Part shown: positions 8,086 to 18,618 of the stretch, piece after piece | Layout of the letters: each line of letters opens with the position of its first letter | How positions within the stretch are numbered: the stretch's first letter is position 1 | Origin: Bacillota bacterium | Lineage (GTDB): Bacteria > Bacillota > Sulfobacillia > Sulfobacillales > Sulfobacillaceae | Reading direction: 5' to 3' | NCBI GenBank assembly: GCA_021841025.1 | Contig: JAKBWA010000107.1 | Span: 22,674-86,673, forward strand | DNA length: 64,000 bases | Made by a program: the position numbers and the translations under genes | Notes under the pieces: generated by a model | What the model was told of the DNA's origin: nothing | Databases searched by the model: none | Seen by the model: the letters and a program-made list of their open reading frames with translations, nothing else

Positions 8086-8559
8086 ATGATCGACCATGAG
8101 CCACAAAACAGCTTTAACGAAGGGAATCTCGCACGGACCTGGGAAAAGAAACTTCGCTACAAAGAGAGGGTCAAGCCTCAGCACAAAAGAGCTCCCTGGG
8201 TACGAACAGTGTTGTGGATTGGCAGTTTGTGGACAGCGGCCATGGCTGCATCGCTGTTAGCAGTTCATGTTATGGTTATGGGTTATAAGGTTGATCAACT
8301 ACAATCCCGGTATACTCATTTGCAACGCGAGCAACAATTGCTGGCAGCCAGAGTGGCCTCATTGAGTTCTCCGATTGCACTGAATCACGAGGCCTCAAAA
8401 ATGAATCTTACAATCGTATCACCCCAAAAGGCCGGTAACTCCAGTCCGACCAAGTCGTCATCTCAGGCCGCCATATCCAGGGGTTCTTCTACACATGTGA
8501 CGTGGATAAAGTTAGTCGACCAGTGGATTAACCAACTTCGAGGAGTCGTCGTGAAGTGA
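8086..8559 (+). CDS. ftsL: Cell division protein FtsL-like
   Basis: Position between rsmH and PBP; cytoplasmic basic N-terminus, one TM helix, coiled coil ending LSSP; SD AAGGAGG. Confidence 0.7.
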   Translation: MIDHEPQNSFNEGNLARTWEKKLRYKERVKPQHKRAPWVRTVLWIGSLWTAAMAASLLAVHVMVMGYKVDQLQSRYTHLQREQQLLAARVASLSSPIALNHEASKMNLTIVSPQKAGNSSPTKSSSQAAISRGSSTHVTWIKLVDQWINQLRGVVVK

Positions 8560-10283
8560 TGAAAACTCGCAGATCAGTCCGGTGGCGTGCATTATGGACC
8601 TTAATATTTTCTGGGCTGTTTATGGCGATCTTGGTTGCGAGACTAGTGGTAATTCAATTGACAGACGCTTCCCAACTCCAGGGGTATGCACGAAATATTC
8701 ACATTCACAAAATTGTGACGCCAGCACCCAGGGGACAAATTATTGACCGCAATGGCAAAATTTTGGCCATGGATGTGCCCACATACCAAATTGTGGCTGC
8801 GCCCAGGTATGTGACGCATCCCGTTCAGGAAGCAGCTGTTTTAGCGAAGTACTTGCCGTTTAAGGCGTCCTTGCTGGACAAGGTTATGAGCAACAACTCT
8901 TGGTATGCCCTGTTGGATCGATCCGTGTCGATGGCAGTGGCGCATAAGATTCAAAAGCTTAACTTAACGGGCATCAGTGTTGTGCCCACCAATGGCCAGT
9001 CCTATCCCAACGGTACTCTTGCGTCCCAGGTTATCGGTATGGTGGGAGCCAATGGCAAGGGGCTGTCTGGAATTGAATATGAAGACAATAAAATCTTGTC
9101 GGGCAAGCCGGGGTATTGGGTGGTCCCAACTGACGCCAATGGGCAGCCGCTTCCCCAATGGCAAAAAGCTTACAAACCGCCGACGCCTGGCAACACTGTT
9201 CAGTTGACTATTGATGCCAATATTGAAGCCGTAGCTCAGAAATGGCTTAAATGGGGTGTTAAGCGTGCCCACGCTTTAAACGGTACCGTGATTATTTTAA
9301 ACCCCCATACGGGATCGGTGCTGGCTCTGGCTAACTGGCCAAATTTCAACCCCAATAACTATTATTCGGCGACACCTCTACAAATGACCAATTATGCTGT
9401 ACAGGACCCCGTTCCGCCCGGATCCATTTTCAAACCGGTTACGGCATCAGCTGGTTTGGGACTCGGACTCTTTACACCAAACAGCATGTTTGATACCCGT
9501 GGGTACAAAATTGTCGATGGGGTTCGGATTAACGACTGGAACCCTGTGGGATGGGGATGGATTACCTTAACTCGGGGTCTGGAAGTCTCATCAGACCAGG
9601 TGTTCATGGATGTTGCGCTCAAAGTGGGAGTTAACGGGCTCTTTCATTACATTAAGGCATTTGGCCTCGAACATCCCAGCAATGTGGGATTGCCTGGCGA
9701 TTCGCCTCCCGTGTGGCTTCCCAAGAAACAGGTCAATCCGGTAGATCTGGCCACGATGGGATTTGGACAAGGCATGGCCGTTACTCCCATGCAAATGATT
9801 GCGGCAGATTCCGTCATACCGAATCATGGCACGCTTATGCAACCCCACATTGTTAAGGCTATTGTGTCACCAACAGGAAAAGTGATTAAGCGGGTAAACC
9901 CTAAGGTGGAGTCCAGACCTGACAGCGTCAAGGTTGCTAAAGAAATTGAGCATATGATGGTTCTGGAAGCTGCTAAGGGCACAGGGGTTCCGGCACAAGT
10001 TCCGGGGTATGTTATCGGCGGGAAGACCGGAACGTCCCAGAAAATTATTAATGGGAAAACATCCAACAACTTGTTCGTAGCTTCCTATATGGGATTTGGA
10101 CCTGTGCCCCATCCAAAATTTATTATGCTGGTTATGATCAATAGGCCGGTTGGAAGGTTGTTTTACGGGGATCAGGTATCAGCTCCGGTATGGAAACACA
10201 TCGCGACGTATTTGTTTAAGTATTGGCACATCAAGCCCTATGCCGGAGCTGATAACGGACAAAAGCCGTTTAAAAAGTCTTGA
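8556..10283 (+). CDS. Class B penicillin-binding protein (FtsI/PbpB-like, no PASTA domain)
   Basis: N-terminal TM, RGQIIDRNG, GIEYE, PGSIFKP (SxxK), SSD, GKTGT. Confidence 0.9.
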   Translation: MMKTRRSVRWRALWTLIFSGLFMAILVARLVVIQLTDASQLQGYARNIHIHKIVTPAPRGQIIDRNGKILAMDVPTYQIVAAPRYVTHPVQEAAVLAKYLPFKASLLDKVMSNNSWYALLDRSVSMAVAHKIQKLNLTGISVVPTNGQSYPNGTLASQVIGMVGANGKGLSGIEYEDNKILSGKPGYWVVPTDANGQPLPQWQKAYKPPTPGNTVQLTIDANIEAVAQKWLKWGVKRAHALNGTVIILNPHTGSVLALANWPNFNPNNYYSATPLQMTNYAVQDPVPPGSIFKPVTASAGLGLGLFTPNSMFDTRGYKIVDGVRINDWNPVGWGWITLTRGLEVSSDQVFMDVALKVGVNGLFHYIKAFGLEHPSNVGLPGDSPPVWLPKKQVNPVDLATMGFGQGMAVTPMQMIAADSVIPNHGTLMQPHIVKAIVSPTGKVIKRVNPKVESRPDSVKVAKEIEHMMVLEAAKGTGVPAQVPGYVIGGKTGTSQKIINGKTSNNLFVASYMGFGPVPHPKFIMLVMINRPVGRLFYGDQVSAPVWKHIATYLFKYWHIKPYAGADNGQKPFKKS

Positions 10284-10360
10284 AATGTTCTGTCGGTGAT
10301 CATCGAAACATAACAATGGTGAGTAACCAAGCCTGATTCGTGGGCGGGGAGGCTCACAAG

Positions 10361-12460
10361 ATGACCAATCGACCGACATTGACGATAAAGCGGCGCACGT
10401 TTGTTGTTATGAGTTTGATGAGCTTGTTTGATATCGTGTTAGTAGGTAGGCTGGCAGACATTCAAGGCATAGATGCGGCGCATTTGAAAGCCTTGGCCGA
10501 CGGTATCCACTTTCGGGGCGTGCCTTTGGCCCCTTTTCGCGGAAATATTGTTGACCGCAATGGCAATCTCTTAGCTGGCAGCCATCATGCGTATTCGGTT
10601 TATGCCATTCCCATACAGACCCGCAGGCACCGAGAAGATGAGGTGATTTTGTTGGCGACGTTGCTAAATGTGCCGGAACAAGTGTTGCGCAGACGGCTTA
10701 CGCGGCGGCAGGGTTTTGTTTGGGTAAAAAGGCGGGTCTCCGGGCAAGAGATGCAAAATCTAAAAGGACAATTGGGAAACTTGCCTGGGATCTACCTTCT
10801 GACCGAAACCCAAAGATATTATCCGCAAGGAGAATTGGCTGGCCCTGTCTTGGGTTTTACTGGAATTGACAATCAGGGATTGGCCGGAGTGGAGTTGACA
10901 TATAATCGGTATTTAGACGGAAAACCCGGAAGTATCCAAGAAGAATTTGATGTTACGGGACAAACCGTAAGGTTTGCTCAGACTCGTGTGGTACCTTCGG
11001 TGCAGGGTGATACCGTCGAATTGAGTATTGATGAAAATATTCAGTCAATGACGGAGAGGGCCTGTGAACAGGCTATGATCCAAACGCGTGGCAAGTCGGT
11101 GAGTATCGTTGTGATGCATCCTGGCACTGGAGGTGTTTTGGCTATGGCTCAGCGCCCGGCAATGGATCCGAACCATTTTCGGGACTATAGTCCAAAACAG
11201 TACCGGGTGTTAGCCGTGTCTGATGCCATTCCCCCAGGATCTATCTTCAAACCAGTAACCCTCGCAGCGGCGCTTCAAGAAGGGACCGCCTTTTCTGCGT
11301 CACGTTACTTTTGCCCGGGGTTTAAGAGTGTGCTGGGGCGGCGAGTCAATTGTTGGAGGCCTTTAGGACACGGGAGCCAGAATCTTGATCAAGTTGTGAA
11401 AAACTCGTGTAACGTGGGGTTCATGGACTTGGGGCTGGGACTGGGAGTCGCGAAATTTTATCAATATCTGGACCGATTTGGTCTGCGGTCCAGGACTCAC
11501 ATCGACTTGCCGGGGGAAGCTTTGGGATTGATACCGGGGGCAACAAAGGTGACGGCGCTGGATTTAGCTATTATGGCATTCGGGCAAACTTTGACGGTAA
11601 CACCTATTGGCCTAATCACGGCTATTTCTGCACTGGCTAATAATGGCGTCCTATTGACGCCTCATGTGGTTAAACGCATCGTCAATCATCGGGGCGACGT
11701 CGTAAAATCATTGGACAAGAACGTAGTACGCAGGGTCGTGGCACCTGAAGTGGCCCGCACAGTCCAGGAGATGATGGTTGGGGTTGTATCTGAAGGGACT
11801 GGTCGATTAGCTCAAGTGCCCGGTTACCGGGTGGCCGGGAAAACGGGAACGGCGCAAAAAGTTATTAACGGTAAAACTGAAAAAGGCATTTACATTGCCT
11901 CTTTTATCGGGTTCGGGCCGGTACCTCATCCTGAAGTGGCAATTCTCGTCAATGTGGACGAACCCGTTGGACCGTATTACGGGGGCCAAGTTGCGGCTCC
12001 CATATTTGGCCATCTTATGCGGGCTATATTTAAGTATTTAAAGATTCCAGCCACGGAACCCATCAAACCACCGCGATCCGGCGAACCTGCTATGGTTCCG
12101 AGTTTAGTGAATTTGGATCCGGAAACAGCGCAAGCAGATGCCGCTGCCTTTGGTTTTCCGGTACAATTTGTAGGGCAGGGTGATGTGGTCTGTGACCAAT
12201 CCATCGAATATGGGGGATACAGACCTGCCGGTACGGTGCTGCGTCTTAAGTTGGGGTCGGCTCCCCGCGTCTATCTGGAGTGGGTCAGTGTGCCGCGGTT
12301 TAAAGGACTGACGATTCATGAGGCCCTTCATTTGGCTTCGGCCATCGGGGTGAATGTGAATGATCGGAGTCAAGGGCACGGTATGCGCGTTCGGAGGCAA
12401 TCTATCGCGCCGGGGACGCAGGTTCGTGCTGGAACAACAGTGGAATTGTGGACTGCCTGA
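10361..12460 (+). CDS. spoVD: Class B PBP, SpoVD-like, with C-terminal PASTA domains
   Basis: RGNIVDRNG, PGSIFKP, SCN, GKTGTAQK, C-terminal VPSLVNL and VPRFKGL PASTA repeats; SD GGGAGG before ATG 10361. Confidence 0.8.
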   Translation: MTNRPTLTIKRRTFVVMSLMSLFDIVLVGRLADIQGIDAAHLKALADGIHFRGVPLAPFRGNIVDRNGNLLAGSHHAYSVYAIPIQTRRHREDEVILLATLLNVPEQVLRRRLTRRQGFVWVKRRVSGQEMQNLKGQLGNLPGIYLLTETQRYYPQGELAGPVLGFTGIDNQGLAGVELTYNRYLDGKPGSIQEEFDVTGQTVRFAQTRVVPSVQGDTVELSIDENIQSMTERACEQAMIQTRGKSVSIVVMHPGTGGVLAMAQRPAMDPNHFRDYSPKQYRVLAVSDAIPPGSIFKPVTLAAALQEGTAFSASRYFCPGFKSVLGRRVNCWRPLGHGSQNLDQVVKNSCNVGFMDLGLGLGVAKFYQYLDRFGLRSRTHIDLPGEALGLIPGATKVTALDLAIMAFGQTLTVTPIGLITAISALANNGVLLTPHVVKRIVNHRGDVVKSLDKNVVRRVVAPEVARTVQEMMVGVVSEGTGRLAQVPGYRVAGKTGTAQKVINGKTEKGIYIASFIGFGPVPHPEVAILVNVDEPVGPYYGGQVAAPIFGHLMRAIFKYLKIPATEPIKPPRSGEPAMVPSLVNLDPETAQADAAAFGFPVQFVGQGDVVCDQSIEYGGYRPAGTVLRLKLGSAPRVYLEWVSVPRFKGLTIHEALHLASAIGVNVNDRSQGHGMRVRRQSIAPGTQVRAGTTVELWTA

Positions 12461-12501
12461 ATCGGCAGTGGTATTTAAGGGAAGAAGCGGGAGGCCATGG
12501 G

Positions 12502-13986
12502 ATGACGTTTAAGAAACTTATTGCCTGGATTCCCGATGCTGTAAGCATTGGGAATACGGATGTAGAGATAAGCGGTATTGCTTATGATTCCCGGCATGTC
12601 ACAAACGCCAACCTATTCTGTGCGATACCGGGTTTTCGGACAGATGGTCATTTGTTTTGTGAAGAAGCTGCGAGCCGGGGGGCGACCGCCTTTCTTGTAG
12701 AACGTGCAGACGCCATTCCTAACGGTAAGGCTGGGGTGGTGGTGAAAAATGCCCGACAGGCCATGGCGCTGTTAGCAGACAAATTTTTCGGGAGCCCTTC
12801 AAGCCGCTTAGCTATGATTGGTGTGACGGGGACCAATGGCAAGACCACCACAACCCACATTATCCGAGCTTTATTGGAAGCCAATGATATCCCTACTGGT
12901 CTTACCGGTACCTTATACACATTGATGGGTCAAGACAGCTATAAGGTGGTAAGAACGACACCAGAATCTCCGGATCTGCAAAGTTTGTTGCGCCATATGG
13001 TTGACAGAGGAATGCGGGCTGCGGTAATGGAAGTGTCTTCCCACGCGCTGGCTTTGTCCCGGGTAGACCACGTCCAATATGACATTGGGGTTTTTACTAA
13101 TTTAACCCAGGATCATCTCGACTTTCACAAAGACTTAGAATCATACTTTATGGCTAAGGCGTTGTTATTTCAACGGTTGGGGGAAGGAAACAATAAGAAA
13201 GGGCCACGTGCTGCCATTATTAACGGCGATGACAATTATGGACGGCGTTTAATCGGCATGTGTTCTGTACCGGTGTTGACATACGGACTCAACGAAGGAG
13301 CGGATATAAGGGGCAGTATGGTGACTGTGGGCAGTCGCGGAGTACAATTTTTGGCGACGTTTCCCGACGGAGAAAAACAGGCTATTGAGTTTAACATGAC
13401 GGGAACCTTTAATGTTCTCAATGCTTTGGCAGCGATGAGTGTAGGGTATACCTATGGACTTTCTCCCCGGCAAATGGCCGAAGCCCTGGCGCGGTATCCG
13501 GGAGTTCCGGGGCGATTTGAAAGGATCGATGAGGGTCAGCCGTTCACCGTTATTGTTGACTATGCCCATACTCCAGATGGCTTCGAAAACGTATTGCGTA
13601 CGGCTAGAGAATTTACGGTGGGGGCCGTACGGGTGGTCTTTGGCGCCGGAGGTGACCGCGACCGCGGTAAAAGAGCTTTGATGGGGGAAGCTGCAGGCAA
13701 GCTCAGTGACTGGGTCATGTTAACGGCGGATAATCCCAGGTCAGAAGATCCAATGGACATCATTGCCCAAATTCGGGAAGGCTTGGAACCCACAGGCACT
13801 CCGTTTGAAGTCGAGCTGGATCGGGAACGGGCGATACGAATGGCGTTACAGATGACTCAACCGGGAGATGTGGTCTTTATCTTGGGCAAAGGTCATGAAA
13901 CGTATCAGATATACCGTGATGGCACCATTTATTTTGATGACCGGGAAGTCGCTAGGCAGGCTCTTCGGGAGATCAAAAAACTATGA
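12502..13986 (+). CDS. murE: UDP-MurNAc-Ala-Glu meso-diaminopimelate ligase MurE
   Basis: GVTGTNGKTTT, RTTPES, MEVSSH, FTNLTQDHLDFH, DYAHTPD, DNPR (meso-DAP-type motif). Confidence 0.95.
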   Translation: MTFKKLIAWIPDAVSIGNTDVEISGIAYDSRHVTNANLFCAIPGFRTDGHLFCEEAASRGATAFLVERADAIPNGKAGVVVKNARQAMALLADKFFGSPSSRLAMIGVTGTNGKTTTTHIIRALLEANDIPTGLTGTLYTLMGQDSYKVVRTTPESPDLQSLLRHMVDRGMRAAVMEVSSHALALSRVDHVQYDIGVFTNLTQDHLDFHKDLESYFMAKALLFQRLGEGNNKKGPRAAIINGDDNYGRRLIGMCSVPVLTYGLNEGADIRGSMVTVGSRGVQFLATFPDGEKQAIEFNMTGTFNVLNALAAMSVGYTYGLSPRQMAEALARYPGVPGRFERIDEGQPFTVIVDYAHTPDGFENVLRTAREFTVGAVRVVFGAGGDRDRGKRALMGEAAGKLSDWVMLTADNPRSEDPMDIIAQIREGLEPTGTPFEVELDRERAIRMALQMTQPGDVVFILGKGHETYQIYRDGTIYFDDREVARQALREIKKL

Positions 13987-15353
13987 TAGAACTGACGTAT
14001 AAGGACGTGGTCGAGATCTCGGGGGCTCTCGCGCGGGCCGTGCCTTTGGAGGATAGGGTGCAGGATATGACTATTGATAGCCGGGATGTTCGGCAGGGGT
14101 CGTTATTTGTGGCTCTTCGGGGCAGTCGAACGCACGGCCATCAATTTGTTCCCCAAGCATGGAACCAAGGGGGAGTAGCCTTGGTCGAATCCGCATTTGG
14201 TCCTGTTCTAGGCCCCGCATTGCTCGTGGAATCACCGCTTCGGGCCATGGGCCAATTGACCCGGACTTTGATTAATTCCAGACACGTTACTGTAGTGGGA
14301 ATTACAGGCAGCGTCGGCAAAACCAGCCTGAAAGAGTTGACATGGGCTGTCTTGGCCTCCCGATTTGTCGTGGGAAAGTCGCAAGGAAACTACAATACAG
14401 CCATTGGTCTCCCTCTGTCCTTTTTGCGCAGTCCAGACAATGTGACCCATTTCGTTTCGGAAATGGGGATGCGGGGTTTGGGAGAAATCAGGGTTCTTAC
14501 GCAAATTACTCCGCCGGATGTAGCCATTATTACCAATATTGGACCGAACCATTTGGAGTCTTTGGGGAGTATGGAGAATATCCAGCGGGCCAAGGGAGAA
14601 ATTTTGGAGGGGTTAAAACCGGGTGGTATAGCCATTCTTAACCGTGATGACCGGCTTGTGCGCCAACTGGGTGAATCTCTTGAAGGGCATCCGGTATTTT
14701 GGTATGGACATCAGTCTTCCGACGCGACTATCGAGGATGTTTTAGTTAAAGAGACTTTAACCGAAGTAATGCTCAAATATCGGGGACAGAGCGTGACGCT
14801 TCGAGTTCCTTGGATCGGAAGACAGCATGGATATACAGTGGCTGCGGCGTTTTTGGCTGGAAGCATTTTGGGTCTTCATGTAGATGAGATGGCCTCCGCC
14901 TTGGAGGCAGTTGATCCTGGCAGTGGACGGCTTCAAAAAAGGCAAATCGGATCATTAAGTGTCCTATGCGATTACTATAATGCCAGTCCAGCATCAATGA
15001 AAATGAGTCTTGAAATTCTGAGAGCACAAATAAAAAATTCGCGCCGCATTGCAATTTTAGGGGATATGCTAGAACTTGGCAGTCAGGAAGTGCCAGCACA
15101 TCAAGAAGTGGGACTATTTGCTAGCCGGTATGCGGATGTGGTCCTGGCGGTAGGCCCGAGAGCAAAACAGATTGCTCAGGCAGCGAATCTTGAACGTATG
15201 GGTTGTGCGACTTGGACAGGCGAACTCGAGGATGCGTGGCAATGGATGCGTGCCAATGTGAAACCCGGTGACGTTGTTTTGCTTAAAGCCTCTCACGGCA
15301 TGAATTTCCACGACTTATATCAAAAGATCGAACGGTGGGGGGGGCCCCAATGA
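13983..15353 (+). CDS. murF: UDP-MurNAc-tripeptide D-Ala-D-Ala ligase MurF
   Basis: GITGSVGKTS, GNYNTAIGLP, EMGMRGLGEI, DYYNASPASM, ILGDMLELG, LLKASHGM. Confidence 0.95.
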   Translation: MIELTYKDVVEISGALARAVPLEDRVQDMTIDSRDVRQGSLFVALRGSRTHGHQFVPQAWNQGGVALVESAFGPVLGPALLVESPLRAMGQLTRTLINSRHVTVVGITGSVGKTSLKELTWAVLASRFVVGKSQGNYNTAIGLPLSFLRSPDNVTHFVSEMGMRGLGEIRVLTQITPPDVAIITNIGPNHLESLGSMENIQRAKGEILEGLKPGGIAILNRDDRLVRQLGESLEGHPVFWYGHQSSDATIEDVLVKETLTEVMLKYRGQSVTLRVPWIGRQHGYTVAAAFLAGSILGLHVDEMASALEAVDPGSGRLQKRQIGSLSVLCDYYNASPASMKMSLEILRAQIKNSRRIAILGDMLELGSQEVPAHQEVGLFASRYADVVLAVGPRAKQIAQAANLERMGCATWTGELEDAWQWMRANVKPGDVVLLKASHGMNFHDLYQKIERWGGPQ

Positions 15354-16294
15354 ATGTGGTTTATGGCGGGATCTTGGGATTTATTGTGGCATTAGCCCTT
15401 GGTCCTATTTTCATTCCTGCCTTGCACCGGCTCAAATTTAGTCAGACGATTCGCGATCAAGGGCCTCAGTCCCATTTGAAAAAACAGGGTACGCCGACCA
15501 TGGGCGGTCTGTTGTTTTTGCTTCCTCTACCTCTGGCGGTGTTGTTATTCGCGCCGGATAGCGGAAAAGCATGGGTTTTGGTGGGCTTAATCTGGTCTTA
15601 CGGAGTGATAGGTTTAGCGGATGATGTGCTGAAAGTCGTCTTTAAGCGCCCGTTAGGATTGAAAGCGAGGGAAAAGCTATTCTTCCAAATTGTGTTTGCT
15701 TCGATTTTTTGCTGGTTAGCGGCTAATCAATTTCATGCCAATGGACCCTATGTTCTGCCTTTCCACGCGGGCACAGTGTCCCTGGGATGGCTCTTTGGGC
15801 CTTTATCGGTCTTGGCGATTTTGGGAAGCGGAAATGCCGTCAATTTAACTGACGGACTGGATGGGTTGGCGGCTGGAGCAATGGTTTTATCAATGGCGTT
15901 TTTTGCCTTTTGGGGAATAATCCGTAACGATATAGCGTTGGCTTTGGTTTCCACGGTTCTCATCGGTTCCTTGATCGGCTTTATGCGTTACAATATTCAT
16001 CCCGCGCAAGTATTTATGGGCGACACAGGGTCCCTCGCTCTAGGAGCTGCTTTGGCGGCTTCTGCCGTCATAAGCCGAACTACATTGGTCCTGCCATTGA
16101 TCGGCTTGTTGTTTGTTCTTGAGACTCTGTCGGTGATTATTCAGGTGATTGGTTTTAAGCTGACCGGAAAGCGGGTTTTTCGCATGAGTCCTCTTCACCA
16201 TCATTTTGAACTGGGCGGATGGACGGAAGAGCGGGTGGTCGCGGTTTTTTGGCTTATTGCTGCTGCAGGTGCCACTATGGCGTGGTGGATATAA
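15350..16294 (+). CDS. mraY: Phospho-N-acetylmuramoyl-pentapeptide transferase MraY
   Basis: KKQGTPTMGG, GLADD, NAVNLTDGLDGLA, FMGDTGS, RMSPLHHHFEL; ATGA overlap with murF. Confidence 0.96.
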   Translation: MNVVYGGILGFIVALALGPIFIPALHRLKFSQTIRDQGPQSHLKKQGTPTMGGLLFLLPLPLAVLLFAPDSGKAWVLVGLIWSYGVIGLADDVLKVVFKRPLGLKAREKLFFQIVFASIFCWLAANQFHANGPYVLPFHAGTVSLGWLFGPLSVLAILGSGNAVNLTDGLDGLAAGAMVLSMAFFAFWGIIRNDIALALVSTVLIGSLIGFMRYNIHPAQVFMGDTGSLALGAALAASAVISRTTLVLPLIGLLFVLETLSVIIQVIGFKLTGKRVFRMSPLHHHFELGGWTEERVVAVFWLIAAAGATMAWWI

Positions 16295-16339
16295 GATTGA
16301 CAAGGTCCAAGTGATACCAGGATTCAAGGAGGAATCATC

Positions 16340-17437
16340 ATGAAGAAGGAAAGGCGACGTATCGATTACCTTTTAGTGGCAGCTGTTACGGCTCTTTTGG
16401 CTATTGGCACAGTAGTCGTCTTTTCTGCCAGTGCTCAAGCATCATTCCAGCAATTTGGCACTCCGTATTATTTTTTGGAACACCAACTCGTGTGGTCAGT
16501 GATCGGAATTATCGCGTTAGTCGTTGCCACCCGGATCGACTACTGGCGATATAACAAATTGATCTTCCCAGTGTTTGTTCTGTCGATTTTGTTACTTATT
16601 GCCGTGTTGATTCCGCATGTGGGTATCACCATCAATGGAGCCCGCCGCTGGCTCGGAGTGGGATCATTGCAAATTCAGCCTTCCGAGTTGGGGAAATTAG
16701 CCGTGATTTTTTTGTTCGCTAGGTTATTTAGCCTCCATCGAGATAGACTGAACGATCTGTGGAAAGGGGTTATTCCCCATATTTTATTAGCTTCTGTGAT
16801 ATTTGTTCTAGTTTTGGCGGAACCGGACTTAGGAACCACTGTCGTTATTGCAGGCACGTTTTTTGTCATGATGTTTGTAAGTGGAGTGAAAAAGCGACAT
16901 CTGTTCGAACTGGGCGGTACGGCTATTCCAATTTTAGCCGCCGTGATCTTTGCGGCTCCCTACCGTCGTCAACGGATCTTTGCCTTTCTCAATCCCTGGA
17001 AACATCCTTTAGGCAATGGATTTCATACGATTCAAGCTCTGCTGGCGTTAGGCTCGGGGGGATTGTTAGGCGTGGGACTGGGTTATTCCCGGCAAGCTCT
17101 GGGGTATTTGCCTGAAGCTTTTACGGATTTTATCTTTGCTATCCTGGGTGAAGAACTCGGATTATTGGGGACAGTCTCCGTAGTACTTCTGTTTATGATT
17201 GTGGCATGGCGAGGTTACCGTATCGCCATGCGCGCTCCGGACATGTATTCGAGTCTCTTGGCAACGGGTTTGACGACCATGATTGTCATTCAAGCCGTCA
17301 TCAATATCGGGGTTGTCACGGCAACTTTGCCCGTCACGGGTATCACGCTGCCTTTCATTAGTTATGGGGGGTCATCCCTTGTGCTCAGCATGGCTGGTGT
17401 CGGAGTACTTCTAAATATTAGTAAGCACGCAACATGA
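16340..17437 (+). CDS. ftsW: SEDS family peptidoglycan polymerase FtsW/SpoVE
   Basis: GARRWL, QPSELGK, EPDLG, LPEAFTDFIFAILGEELG, LPFISYGGSS. Confidence 0.92.
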   Translation: MKKERRRIDYLLVAAVTALLAIGTVVVFSASAQASFQQFGTPYYFLEHQLVWSVIGIIALVVATRIDYWRYNKLIFPVFVLSILLLIAVLIPHVGITINGARRWLGVGSLQIQPSELGKLAVIFLFARLFSLHRDRLNDLWKGVIPHILLASVIFVLVLAEPDLGTTVVIAGTFFVMMFVSGVKKRHLFELGGTAIPILAAVIFAAPYRRQRIFAFLNPWKHPLGNGFHTIQALLALGSGGLLGVGLGYSRQALGYLPEAFTDFIFAILGEELGLLGTVSVVLLFMIVAWRGYRIAMRAPDMYSSLLATGLTTMIVIQAVINIGVVTATLPVTGITLPFISYGGSSLVLSMAGVGVLLNISKHAT

Positions 17438-17506
17438 GGATTCGCATACTTTATAAATTGTCTCAAATGGCAGTGGGAAGTTAGGTAGAGGAGAGATCAT
17501 GAAGGC

Positions 17507-18607
17507 ATGCGGTTACTCATAGCAGGTGGAGGCAGCGGCGGGCACATTTATCCGGCTTTAGCCATTATTGATTCTCTCAACAATCTGTTGGGATCAATTG
17601 ATGTGCTGTATGTGGGAACAAATCATGGTTTAGAGAAAGACCTGGTCCCCCGGCGAAACATTGCCTTCGCTCCTATTCATGCCCAGGGATTGTTAGTCAA
17701 GGGGGTTAAAGGCAAGCTGCGGGGGGGGATTAGCGCAATAGCCGGAACGTTGGAGGCTATCGGACACATACGCCGCTTTAAACCGGATGTTGTTGTGGGC
17801 ACGGGCGGTTACGTTTCGGGGCCAGTAGGCCTAGGTGCACTTATTATGCGCATTCCCTTAGTTTTACAAGAACAAAATGTGTGGCCAGGTTTTACGAATC
17901 GGACTTTGGGCTCTCGGGCCAAATCGATGATTGTGCCCTTTGATGAGGCCAAACAATATTTCCGCAAGGGTACAGAACTCGTGGTAGTACCAAATCCGGT
18001 AGTCATTACGGTGCAAGAAAGCCGCGAACAATTACGACAGGCAATGGGAATTGGACCGGATCAAGTTGCTATTTTGGTAACTGGCGGAAGTCAAGGTTCA
18101 GAAGCTATTAATCGTTTTTGGCTGAAATTTTTTCCGAAGTTGCGAGAACATCCTGAATGGGTGTTGCTGTGGGCAACAGGGAGTCGATACTTCAAGGCGA
18201 TTAAGGAAGAAATGACAAAAAGTGGTGGATGGGATCCGAAACAAGTGCGGGTGTTCGAATACTTTTATGAGATTCAAAAATTTTATTGCGTCAGCGACAT
18301 GTTTATGGGGAGATCTGGAGCGATGACTATTGCCGATTGTCTTGCTTTCGGACTTCCGTCCATTCTGGTGCCGTCACCACATGTCAGTGAAGATCACCAG
18401 ACAAAAAATGCGCAGGTTATCGCCAGCCGCCGGGCTGGAGTTCTTATAGCGGAGTCTGAATTGGCTCGGCGTGGAGAAACGGAAGTAATTGCCATGCTTC
18501 AAGACAGGGAGCGTCGTGGTAAAATGGCGTCGATTGCTTTGTCGATTTATGATCCTTCTGCATCTGAGAAAATTGCCCAAGTAGTTCGGGATGCGGCACG
18601 GCATTAG
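17507..18607 (+). CDS. murG: MurG glycosyltransferase
   Basis: GGGSGGHIYP, GTGGYVSGP, EQN, GGSQGS, RSGAMT, HQTKNA. Confidence 0.95.
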   Translation: MRLLIAGGGSGGHIYPALAIIDSLNNLLGSIDVLYVGTNHGLEKDLVPRRNIAFAPIHAQGLLVKGVKGKLRGGISAIAGTLEAIGHIRRFKPDVVVGTGGYVSGPVGLGALIMRIPLVLQEQNVWPGFTNRTLGSRAKSMIVPFDEAKQYFRKGTELVVVPNPVVITVQESREQLRQAMGIGPDQVAILVTGGSQGSEAINRFWLKFFPKLREHPEWVLLWATGSRYFKAIKEEMTKSGGWDPKQVRVFEYFYEIQKFYCVSDMFMGRSGAMTIADCLAFGLPSILVPSPHVSEDHQTKNAQVIASRRAGVLIAESELARRGETEVIAMLQDRERRGKMASIALSIYDPSASEKIAQVVRDAARH

Positions 18608-18618
18608 GAGGAGCGCAA

